NCBI RefSeq assembly: GCF_900083515.1
Contig: NZ_LT671858.1
Location: forward strand, 780,001 to 812,000
DNA: 32,000 nt
DNA from: Cuniculiplasma divulgatum
GTDB taxonomy: Archaea; Thermoplasmatota; Thermoplasmata; Thermoplasmatales; Thermoplasmataceae
Reading direction: 5' to 3'
Below are positions 9,001-16,459 of this stretch, piece after piece; the first letter of the stretch is position 1, and each line of letters begins with the position of its first letter. The notes under the pieces were generated by a model that made no database searches, was not told where the DNA came from, and was given only the letters and a program-made list of their open reading frames with translations. Made by a program: the position numbers and the translations under genes.

Positions 9001-9592
9001 TTCGCAGTGTTTCAGAGGCAAGTATTGTTTTATCGATCTCATCGATCTTTTCTTTTGCAGAATTTATCCTCATATTATATGCGTCTATTCCTGCTATGGA
9101 CTCAAGCAACTTTCTTCTTTCATTTCCACTTACGTAAATAAATTTATTTATGTCACCCTGGAGAACAAAACTATAGGAATCCAGCTGAATTCCGATATTC
9201 TCCAAAAATCTGTCAACTTCACTGTGTTTTGATCTCTTACCATTTATAAAATATGTACTGTTTATTTCACTACCATTCTCTTCAATAGTTCTAGATATTT
9301 CCACTGTTTCAAAAGATTCATCATCCCTATCTTCCACGAATACTGCTTTGACCTCTGCTCTGGACACTTTTTTATCCCCATTGGCCGGGTTATGTATTAA
9401 ATCATCTAGTTTATCAGCCCTCACGGTTTTAGATGATCTTGTACCTAGTACGAACAGGAGTGAATCACCTATATTGCTCTTCCCACTGCCGTTAGGACCT
9501 GCTATCATGCTTAATCCTGGCCTAAAATCTATCTTCATTCCCTTATGGCAGAAAGATTTAAAGTTTTTAATTTCTAAACTGTATAGTCTCAA
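6074..9592 (-). CDS. smc: Chromosome segregation ATPase SMC
   Basis: 1172 aa. The N-terminus is MRLYSLEIKNFKSF with Walker A GPNGSGKSN. Long coiled coils flank a hinge (AVEAAAGGRLNSIVVDNEDVA...GRVTFIPLN). The signature is LSGGEKS and Walker B is YFLDEIDMFLD. The start codon is TTG at 9592, preceded by GGGGTG and an upstream TTTATATTT element. Confidence 0.95.
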   Translation of the reverse strand: MRLYSLEIKNFKSFCHKGMKIDFRPGLSMIAGPNGSGKSNIGDSLLFVLGTRSSKTVRADKLDDLIHNPANGDKKVSRAEVKAVFVEDRDDESFETVEISRTIEENGSEINSTYFINGKRSKHSEVDRFLENIGIQLDSYSFVLQGDINKFIYVSGNERRKLLESIAGIDAYNMRINSAKEKIDEIDKTILASETLRTEIEENIAVIEKEAEKLREYKKLNSDIVDLRATALSIQIRGIEIDLSGHQQSMEESEKKIADIKAILDDLDKEREVLAQKRMEIEKGIGEKIQKELESIRKGIESKKLERARSEISASNINISIDKERALIETNTGKIEEIDEEIDNLAKGFNELMKREEELKYRETSLRAQINQKIELQRNKTEEYRKATDELTVIEKQLKENSTITEKIRREESEESKKFKGLETKLGIKEENLTNEKYRLSETQWQLNQIKKDEGGNRSKNESLSKKYYELQSQIKELERERTETRSKMDNLGKEVERMRSEMGSRGFANKSISAIMEAKARGAISGIHRSIGELISYDEKYALAVEAAAGGRLNSIVVDNEDVAQDCIELLREKKLGRVTFIPLNKILPGRPRGKALTIIQQDRTTSLLSQQVKCQDVYANAIWYTFQDTVLVDSAEIAKKYMTGVRIVTLDGDIFEASGAISGGFMNRSRTTFNFSELDSKEKLLEDLRERFNSLDHDIRNLRQEYDDISKQLMDISKSGGEGKGKSDSLEAQLKESQKIRESLELEIQTLKIELKNSSASLEKLQELITKEEEKKASLEKRKNELYMIIGDNKEEGNDLSELQKELEKISNEQTSTMSIKSSNQTTMKKISERKSELMMENDNLIKNINAETTEKDRIEEEIAKFGNEIGRLEEEEEKLNENNRKIIQGLKEIERQLSDISQKSAGLESDMKNNENAVLTSKIKIQNFNEKLSALKEELRQNGGNVIIDYSSAQKANSEIAIRMAKLQEIGAVNQLAEEDLKRDMQRKENLVEKIDILKREVDSLIKLMAELEEVKTRVLLDLYGKVKIEMREIFKRLTRGGDVDMYLSDESNPLESELLIKAKPKGTTYTKLQSLSGGEKSLVALSFIVAVQRIKPSPIYFLDEIDMFLDGTNAEAMGELLRENSNTSQIIMISLKNAMSKFANSLFGVTMNKAAGCTEIFSKSFGGE

Positions 9593-9642
9593 AGTGCACC
9601 CCGTCAGACAACTGTATGATATTATTAGACAAATATAAATAT

Positions 9643-10218
9643 TTATGCATTGTTAATCCCCTCATTTCTGGTTTGATTTAGAAGGAGTTCTCTGGCAGAT
9701 GTCTTAAGGTGCAGGAATTCACCTATGAGGATTCCCAGTGATAAAGCCAAACTTGCGTTGACTGCAGTCAGGAGATAAATATTTGTTGTATTAACAACAA
9801 ACTCAAGAACAATTCTTATAAAATACAGCATTAAAGTTAGGAATAGCACCATTGTTGATCTTTTGTACATTAATACTTTTCCCTCCCAGTATACCGTTGA
9901 TAATGATCCTATCCTATCACCAACTATAAATCCAGGAATGATTAAAATTAGCGCTATGAAATCATAAATAATAAATGAATACAGGACTGCCAAAAAATAT
10001 ACCAGTAAAAGTGAGTAAATTATAGGTGTAGTTATGATTCTACGGAATGAATACGGTCTACCATTAATTCCTCTTTTGATTCTTCTGTAAATAATTAGTC
10101 CGAAAATAGCGATCAATAGTATATAACTATAAACATCACTACCTGAGTTTGAGTTCTGAGTTGTAAATGCTGATACAAACACAAAATATAATGTATATAC
10201 AATATATAAATTCATCAT
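9643..10218 (-). CDS. Multi-pass integral membrane protein, function unknown (possibly DUF1453/CcdC-like)
   Basis: 191 aa with about 5-6 hydrophobic helices and basic loops (YRRIKRGINGRPYSFRR). I recognise no catalytic motif, and the family guess is weak. Confidence 0.55.
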   Translation of the reverse strand: MMNLYIVYTLYFVFVSAFTTQNSNSGSDVYSYILLIAIFGLIIYRRIKRGINGRPYSFRRIITTPIIYSLLLVYFLAVLYSFIIYDFIALILIIPGFIVGDRIGSLSTVYWEGKVLMYKRSTMVLFLTLMLYFIRIVLEFVVNTTNIYLLTAVNASLALSLGILIGEFLHLKTSARELLLNQTRNEGINNA

Positions 10219-10436
10219 TTTAAAAAGGGTTCAAAAAATTGATTATACTGTTTTAGAATGAGAGAAAATTACCAGACTTCAGGATCCTGTATAGAAGAAA
10301 AGCGTAAAAACAAGATTTTAGTTTGTTTACTGAAACACCTGTGCTCACTTTAAGAAAGTAATAGTTGTATGCAATGCAAAAAGGAACAAACTTTGAAAGT
10401 TATTTGTAATTAACACTGAAAACATAATAACAAAGA

Positions 10437-11384
10437 ATGAATTTTCCCTTCATGGTATCATCTTTCAAGGTTACATTTCTCGGGAGTGGGGGTTCCTGGC
10501 CCTTTCCCGGAAGATCATTACCTGCAGTTGTAGTTCAGTTAGATGATTTTGTATGCATGTTTGACTGTGGTGAGGGAACCCAAAAACAGATAATGAAAAG
10601 CGGAATTTCTTTCATGAAAATAGATAGCATATTCATATCTCATTTTCACGGAGATCATTTTCTTGGTATACTCGGTCTTATTCAGAGTATGTCATTTAAC
10701 GGTAGGGAAAAGCCGTTAAAGGTTTATGGTCCACCGGGGGCAATTTCAGTTCTCACAAGGGCATTCAATGTTGGTTATTACTCTCTTGGATTTGAAATTC
10801 TCATTAATGAGATACCTTTTGGGGGAAAGCTTCAGACTGAATTTTTCACCATTGAAACAATCAAAGCAGATCACCCGGTTCCTGCAATATCATATAAACT
10901 TACTGAAACTGATCTTATTAAAATAGACCCTGAAAAGGTTAAAAAACTGGGAATTGAATCAAATAAAATAGAAAAACTACGGGACCTCGGGGAATTAAAC
11001 ATTAATGGAAGGATTGTTAAGTTAGAAGAGGTTTCAGCAGGGATAAGGAGAGGCAGGGTTCTGGTATATTCTGGAGATACAAGACCAAACAAAGAAATGA
11101 TAAACTTTGCAAGAGGAGCTGATGTATTAATACACGAGACAACAACAGATTCTTCTCTGGAACCTAAGGTGAATGAATTCGGACATTCGTCCTCAAGACA
11201 GGCTGCAGAAATAGCAAAAGAAGCAGAAGTAAAGAGTTTTTATCTTTATCATTACAGCCCACGGATTGATGATCCAGAGGTTTTGTTGAGGGAGGCAAGG
11301 GGAATATTTCAGAATTCGTTTCTTTCAAAGGAACTTTTATCTTTTGATGTGGCAAAGGGCGAGACTATTTACCAGAATCTCTGA
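10437..11384 (+). CDS. rnz: Ribonuclease Z (tRNA 3' endonuclease, metallo-beta-lactamase fold)
   Basis: Motifs are VTFLGSGGSWP, DCGEGTQ and the HxHxDH motif SHFHGDH. The C-terminal part has YSGDTRP and HETT. An alternative start at 10452 is possible. Confidence 0.88.
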   Translation: MNFPFMVSSFKVTFLGSGGSWPFPGRSLPAVVVQLDDFVCMFDCGEGTQKQIMKSGISFMKIDSIFISHFHGDHFLGILGLIQSMSFNGREKPLKVYGPPGAISVLTRAFNVGYYSLGFEILINEIPFGGKLQTEFFTIETIKADHPVPAISYKLTETDLIKIDPEKVKKLGIESNKIEKLRDLGELNINGRIVKLEEVSAGIRRGRVLVYSGDTRPNKEMINFARGADVLIHETTTDSSLEPKVNEFGHSSSRQAAEIAKEAEVKSFYLYHYSPRIDDPEVLLREARGIFQNSFLSKELLSFDVAKGETIYQNL

Positions 11385-12759
11385 CTGTTCTGATTTGAGT
11401 CATGCGCTGTCTCACCTTACCAGAAATTTTAGTTTCAAAGACATAGGTTAGAATGATTGAGATAAAGAACGAAATTACATAGCTGAAGTCAACACCTGAG
11501 GTAGCGGAATAAAATGGTATGTGTATGCCAAAATAATACTGTATAGTATCCATGAATGGAATAGATATGATTATTGAAAGCAGGTAGGCAATGATGGGAT
11601 TCCAGTTTATGTTTGAGTTGAAGCTTTCCTTTCTCCTAACAAGGAAGAATTCAGCTATCATTACCCCAATCCAGGGTGTTATCCAATAATCAAGAACGTA
11701 CAGGAATCCTTCAAAATATGAGGAGAATGTATTGTAAAAGATAAAACCCATAGAAACAGTAAGCACTCCTATAGCAAGAATGATATAATTTCTCCCATTT
11801 TTAAAGCCAAGTGACCTGATCGACATAAGGTTGGAATATAAATTCAGTGAATTTGCTGCAAGACCACCAAGAAATAGGGTAAGCGATCCAAGTATCCAGA
11901 ATCCACCAAGAAGTGGTACGAACAGATGGTTCGAAAAGATACCACTTAAGCCAAGGTCAACGCCCACGTAAAAACCTATAAGTTCTACCAGAAATGATGC
12001 TAATGCTGTACCTGCAAATGTATATATGAAAGCCTTTAGTGATGAATATTGACTCTTTTGAATATATCTTGAATAATCCGCTGCATAGGGCCCCCAGGAC
12101 ATTATGTATGAGAAAGATAGCATGATTATAGAAGCGAATGATATTAAGGAAAAAGTTCCCGTATAAGCAGAGATGTACCTTGATGGACTCACAATGATTG
12201 AGTATGTTAAAATTACAAATAAAACTCCAAGAATCACTGACATTAACTTCTCGAATGTTTTTATGGACTTATGACCAAATATTATTGTCACAACTATTAA
12301 GATCATTACAATAATCAAAGATATAACTTCTAGAAGATTTATACCAAGGAAGCTTGGGCTATAAGAGTCCTGTGAACTGAGAATAAACTGAAGTGCTCTT
12401 GATGATATAATAAGATTTACGGACAACCAACCAATTGTATTCATAAACTGAAGCAGAGAAAATATTTTTCCACCCCCCTTTCCAAAAGATTTTTTTGATA
12501 TTTCCATCTGCCCCATTCCACTTGTTGGACCGAGATGACTCATAAACGCAACCAGTAAGCCTCCAAAAATATTTGCTATTAATAGTGCCAGAATTGTATA
12601 GTAAACAGTAAGTCCGTAAGATTCTACAAGCACTCCAAGTGCAAAATCAGCCACAGTAAGATTTGAGCCGAACCATAGGTAAAAGAGGGCATTCGGCTTC
12701 ATGGTTCTCTGCCCAGTTTCAAGCGTTCCGAGAAGTGTTTCATCTCTTAACTCTGTCAT
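11365..12759 (-). CDS. NCS1-family purine/cytosine (nucleobase) permease
   Basis: 464 aa with about 12 TM segments. LFYLWFGSNLTVADFALG and GPTSGMGQMEISKKSFGKGG resemble the CodB/NCS1 signature regions. Confidence 0.72.
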   Translation of the reverse strand: MTELRDETLLGTLETGQRTMKPNALFYLWFGSNLTVADFALGVLVESYGLTVYYTILALLIANIFGGLLVAFMSHLGPTSGMGQMEISKKSFGKGGGKIFSLLQFMNTIGWLSVNLIISSRALQFILSSQDSYSPSFLGINLLEVISLIIVMILIVVTIIFGHKSIKTFEKLMSVILGVLFVILTYSIIVSPSRYISAYTGTFSLISFASIIMLSFSYIMSWGPYAADYSRYIQKSQYSSLKAFIYTFAGTALASFLVELIGFYVGVDLGLSGIFSNHLFVPLLGGFWILGSLTLFLGGLAANSLNLYSNLMSIRSLGFKNGRNYIILAIGVLTVSMGFIFYNTFSSYFEGFLYVLDYWITPWIGVMIAEFFLVRRKESFNSNINWNPIIAYLLSIIISIPFMDTIQYYFGIHIPFYSATSGVDFSYVISFFISIILTYVFETKISGKVRQRMTQIRTVRDSGK

Positions 12760-12868
12760 TGTTATCCCCTATGGATTAATTAAATTAAATTTATGCAAAG
12801 TTGAAATACACTTAATCTTTAAAATATGCAAATAAAATAAAATATATATTAAGAGTCTATAGGGAAAT

Positions 12869-13369
12869 GTGGATATTCAAAGAAAGATAGAGGCTATCCT
12901 ATTCGCGACAGAAGAGCCTGTGGGTATAATGGAGATATCATCCATCCTTCTAGAAGATCAGAACATTATAAGGAAAGAACTTAGAAGATTGATGAAGGAT
13001 TACAGTGCGAGAGAAACCTGCATAACCATAAGTAATGTAGGAAAAAAATATAGAATGGTACTTAAAAATGAATATTCAGATCTGGTAAAAGGAGTAGCAA
13101 AACCAGAGTTGTCCCCTGAGCAGATCAGGTTGTTAACCCTAATACTAAACAATGACAGGACAATGAAAGGGGAAGTGAAGGAGAAGTTCAAAATGCAAAG
13201 TGACTTCTTAATACACTCGCTGAAAAGAACAGGATTTATTAAGTCAATTAAATACCGAAATACAGAAATCTACGAATTAACTAATAAATTCTATAAATAT
13301 TTTAACATGGAAAAAAATAAGATCCAGAAGAAAGGGAATGATGATGGAAGTGAAATGAAGGATGAGTGA
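12869..13369 (+). CDS. scpB: Segregation and condensation protein B (ScpB)
   Basis: The GTG start is followed by KIEAILFATEEPVGIMEISSIL, the hallmark ScpB N-terminus. A second winged-helix-like half carries LSPEQIRLLTLILNN. It is short at 166 aa. It overlaps purD by 8 nt. Confidence 0.7.
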   Translation: MDIQRKIEAILFATEEPVGIMEISSILLEDQNIIRKELRRLMKDYSARETCITISNVGKKYRMVLKNEYSDLVKGVAKPELSPEQIRLLTLILNNDRTMKGEVKEKFKMQSDFLIHSLKRTGFIKSIKYRNTEIYELTNKFYKYFNMEKNKIQKKGNDDGSEMKDE

Positions 13370-14684
13370 AAGAATTGCAATTGTAGGTGGTGGTGGAAGG
13401 GAGGATGCACTCGCTCGAAGGTTGTTTCAGGATGGAGCTGAACCCATATCCATAATGCCAAACGATAATCCGTCCATAAGGTCAATAAGCAGCGAGTCCC
13501 TGGTAACGAAATCCTTGGACACTGATATGATAACAAGATATATAATAGATAAGAAACCAGATCTCGTATATGTGAGTCCAGATGGGTATCTCGAAACAAA
13601 TCTTGTTGATAAGCTTGAATATAACAAAATTAAGGTCGCAAGTCCAACCTCAGCATCATTCCAGATTGAAAGTTCAAAAATCTTCATGAGACAGCTGATG
13701 AAGAGGTATGGGATTCCTGGAAACCTGAAGTATGAGGTTTTAGATAATGAATACGATATTCAGAAATTGCTATCTAACACAAGTCTCGAATTTGCTATCA
13801 AGCCCTCTGGATTAACGGGAGGAAAAGGAGTAAAGATAACTGATCAGCATTTCAACAGCAGAGCAGAGGCAATAGGATATGCTCAGGAAGTTTTTCGCAG
13901 GGACAAGAAGGTACTTATTGAAGAGGCTGTATACGGTGAAGAATTCTCAATGCAACTGTTTACGGATGGTGTAAATTCCATATTTGCTCCAGTAGCACAG
14001 GACTACAAGAGGTTATATGAGAATGATCTGGGACCTAATACAGGAGGAATGGGTTCAATAACGGATATAGAACTTAAGCTTCCTTTCATGAGGCCTGGAA
14101 TTTATGAAAGGGCAAAAGATATTTCCAGAAGATTTGTAGAAGCACTTTTTCAGGATGGATTGCTTTTCCGGGGCGTTCTATATGTTCAATTTATGCAGAC
14201 AAAGGACGATCTAAAGGTGATAGAAGTCAATGGTAGGCTTGCTGACCCAGAGGGAATGAACATAGTCACACTTATGGAGGGTGATTCAGTTGATTTATTG
14301 TTTAAGATAGCTGATGCTGATCTAAAGAACTCAAAGATTACATTCCGGAGGAAGGCCTCTGCACTAAAATATCTTGTTCCAAAGGGCTACGGTATTAACC
14401 CACAACCAGGCATTTTGAGCGTAAATACCAGTGATCTTCCGGATCATGTTCATATATTCTATTCATCGGTTGAAGGGGAACTCGATGAGGTTAAGATGTC
14501 AAATTCTCGTGCTATAGCCATAATGACAGAAGCCGATTCAATACCCGAAGCCTCAAGCATGGTGGAGCTAAACCTGTGGAGGATAAAAGGAGATTATTAC
14601 ATGAGGCATGATATAGGTACTCTGGAATCAATTAATAAAAAGATAGAAACCGCAAAAACCGGAAATTACAAATTCATTCATTGA
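13362..14684 (+). CDS. purD: Phosphoribosylamine-glycine ligase
   Basis: IAIVGGGGREDALARRL is present. The ATP-grasp core has AIKPSGLTGGKGV and GPNTGGMGS. It is 440 aa. Confidence 0.9.
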   Translation: MSERIAIVGGGGREDALARRLFQDGAEPISIMPNDNPSIRSISSESLVTKSLDTDMITRYIIDKKPDLVYVSPDGYLETNLVDKLEYNKIKVASPTSASFQIESSKIFMRQLMKRYGIPGNLKYEVLDNEYDIQKLLSNTSLEFAIKPSGLTGGKGVKITDQHFNSRAEAIGYAQEVFRRDKKVLIEEAVYGEEFSMQLFTDGVNSIFAPVAQDYKRLYENDLGPNTGGMGSITDIELKLPFMRPGIYERAKDISRRFVEALFQDGLLFRGVLYVQFMQTKDDLKVIEVNGRLADPEGMNIVTLMEGDSVDLLFKIADADLKNSKITFRRKASALKYLVPKGYGINPQPGILSVNTSDLPDHVHIFYSSVEGELDEVKMSNSRAIAIMTEADSIPEASSMVELNLWRIKGDYYMRHDIGTLESINKKIETAKTGNYKFIH

Positions 14685-15585
14685 ATCTATCTATCCTTCC
14701 AATGACCCTCGGTTTTGCATTGGGCTTAATCAGGATATAATCTCCCCATGGAAGTACTGGCTTATCCATTGTAATTTTTCCATTTTCCATAATACCACGG
14801 GAGTAGATAAAATGACCCGAAACAAATACTTCCCCATCCTTCCTGACTTCATCTGGTACTGCCCTGTGGAACTGTATTTTTCCAGTTATTTCCTTCAGTG
14901 GAATTTCCTTTTCCACAGTAAGCGTTGCTCCCCTGTCTATGGATTCAATATCTGCATTTTTCAATGCTATCCCAACTCTTGATCCCGCTGGAGCCTCATC
15001 AAAATCAACGTCATTCATCTGAATTGATCTCACCTGAACCTGGACTCCAGCAGGGTTTAGATAAAGTGTTTGATGCTTTTTTAAGGTTCCATTTAGTACA
15101 AATCCTAAAATCACTGTTCCTACACTTTTGACTTTAAAGAAGTGATCTATTATAACCTTCACATCACCTTCTTTATTCAGATTCAAAGCATTTCTATCAA
15201 GGGTTTCTAGCATATCCATGGCATTCCCATCATACATTCTGTAATTTTTGAGATTTGAGCCCTTTATGATGTTATTCAGTTTTTCAGTATCAGTGAAAGA
15301 ATCAATCACGAATAATCCATTTTTTTTATTCATAAGATCAGCACATATTATATTTTCACCGAGAAATCCATCAAATTTCCTGCCATTTATGAGGCAGTAA
15401 TCTGAAAGTGTCATACTATCCGTAAGGGAAGAAATTTTATCTGGGTATCTTAAAGGGGAAAACAGTGTTATATTTCCTTTCTCGTCCTTTCTTCCATAAA
15501 TTGTTATATCACTTTCAGTGTGCTTTTTCACTATACTCTTAATAAAATCTTCAAGATCATATGCAAAAAGTTTCAAATCACTCAT
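14674..15585 (-). CDS. EF-Tu/SelB-like protein with a degenerate (P-loop-less) G domain
   Basis: The central block VIIDHFFKVKSVGTVILGFVLNGTLKKHQTLYLNPAGVQVQVRSIQMNDVDFDEAPAGSRVGIALKNADIESIDRGATL is a typical EF-Tu domain-2 beta barrel. The first ~130 aa align loosely to a G domain but lack GxxxxGK[ST] and [NT]KxD. Confidence 0.62.
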   Translation of the reverse strand: MSDLKLFAYDLEDFIKSIVKKHTESDITIYGRKDEKGNITLFSPLRYPDKISSLTDSMTLSDYCLINGRKFDGFLGENIICADLMNKKNGLFVIDSFTDTEKLNNIIKGSNLKNYRMYDGNAMDMLETLDRNALNLNKEGDVKVIIDHFFKVKSVGTVILGFVLNGTLKKHQTLYLNPAGVQVQVRSIQMNDVDFDEAPAGSRVGIALKNADIESIDRGATLTVEKEIPLKEITGKIQFHRAVPDEVRKDGEVFVSGHFIYSRGIMENGKITMDKPVLPWGDYILIKPNAKPRVIGRIDRFNE

Positions 15586-16459
15586 CTTTCATCATCTCCA
15601 CGCACTCTTTTATAGTTTCGATCATCAGCATTGAGTTATTAGGGAGTTCGGCCCTCTTATATCCCATTCCCTTTTCTAGGACTTTATTTCCAAACAGAAA
15701 ATCAAGATCGTATAATACTTCAAGATGATCATAAATGAATCCTATGGGTACAGTTACAACATTATTATACATACCATTCTCAATATTTTCAAGCACCTTA
15801 TATACGCTTGGTTCCAGCCAGGTGTCACCGTAAGAACCCCTGCTTTGAAATGCAAATTCAAACTCCTTAATGCCCAACTTCCGTGCTATTTGATTGGACC
15901 AGGTTTTGAATATATTGTAATATTCACTTTCCTGATCTATTGAATGAGGTAAACTATGAGCACTGAAAATTAGAAAATCTCCCGGGTTATATACTCTTTT
16001 CACAGAATCAACCCAGAATTTAGTAAGACTTGGTGCATCTGTCATACCGCTTATGGATTGCACCTCTGGGTCATAGTCCAGTTTTTTTAGAACCCTGTTA
16101 AAAGGATCTATATAGCTACCCTGAATACTTGTGTTTTTGATAGGGAATAGTGGAAGTAGTTCAATTCTCTCATAACCAGTTTCTCTAAGTTTAATGACCA
16201 GCTCCTCGATGGATGGTTTCCAGTGCTTGAAAGCCATATAAACATCCAAATCTTCTATTGAATCTTTAACCTGATTCGTAAGTTTTCTTAAAATCTCACT
16301 GGAAGGAGATTTAAATCCAAATCTCGAGTATTTGTTTTCTGTCTCTTCTATGGCAAATTTTGGTGGCTCTCTGCCCCCATATACATCCCTTAGGTAATCC
16401 ATTATGTCTTCTTTTCTTTCAGGGCTTCCATAAGCCATCATAAGTAAGGCGTTTTTCAT
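15578..16459 (-). CDS. hemH: Ferrochelatase (HemH / possibly coproporphyrin ferrochelatase CpfC type)
   Basis: The N-terminus is LLMMAYGSPE, and the catalytic His motif is FSAHSLPHS. It is 293 aa and soluble, with no C-terminal Cys cluster. It overlaps hemE by 4 nt. Confidence 0.8.
   Translation of the reverse strand: MKNALLMMAYGSPERKEDIMDYLRDVYGGREPPKFAIEETENKYSRFGFKSPSSEILRKLTNQVKDSIEDLDVYMAFKHWKPSIEELVIKLRETGYERIELLPLFPIKNTSIQGSYIDPFNRVLKKLDYDPEVQSISGMTDAPSLTKFWVDSVKRVYNPGDFLIFSAHSLPHSIDQESEYYNIFKTWSNQIARKLGIKEFEFAFQSRGSYGDTWLEPSVYKVLENIENGMYNNVVTVPIGFIYDHLEVLYDLDFLFGNKVLEKGMGYKRAELPNNSMLMIETIKECVEMMKDE

Noticed and set aside
6074-9592. The SMC ATPase next to a nuclease might be a Wadjet/Lamassu-type defence module.
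   Set aside because: The protein has full-length canonical SMC architecture (N- and C-terminal heads, hinge, 1172 aa). A bona fide ScpA kleisin immediately follows, and ScpB is nearby. No JetA/B/D- or LmuA-like partners are present. This is the chromosomal condensin. Only the unusual linkage to the Cas4-like gene is retained as a finding.
10219-10436. The larger intergenic regions (10219-10436, 12760-12868, 28495-28661, 30267-30595) might host tRNA, C/D-box or other ncRNA genes or riboswitches.
   Set aside because: They are uniformly AT-rich, with no GC-rich stems, no cloverleaf-compatible segments and no clean RUGAUGA...CUGA box pairs. They are best explained as divergent or unidirectional promoter regions. 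A covariance-model scan (tRNAscan-SE, Infernal/Rfam) would settle this.
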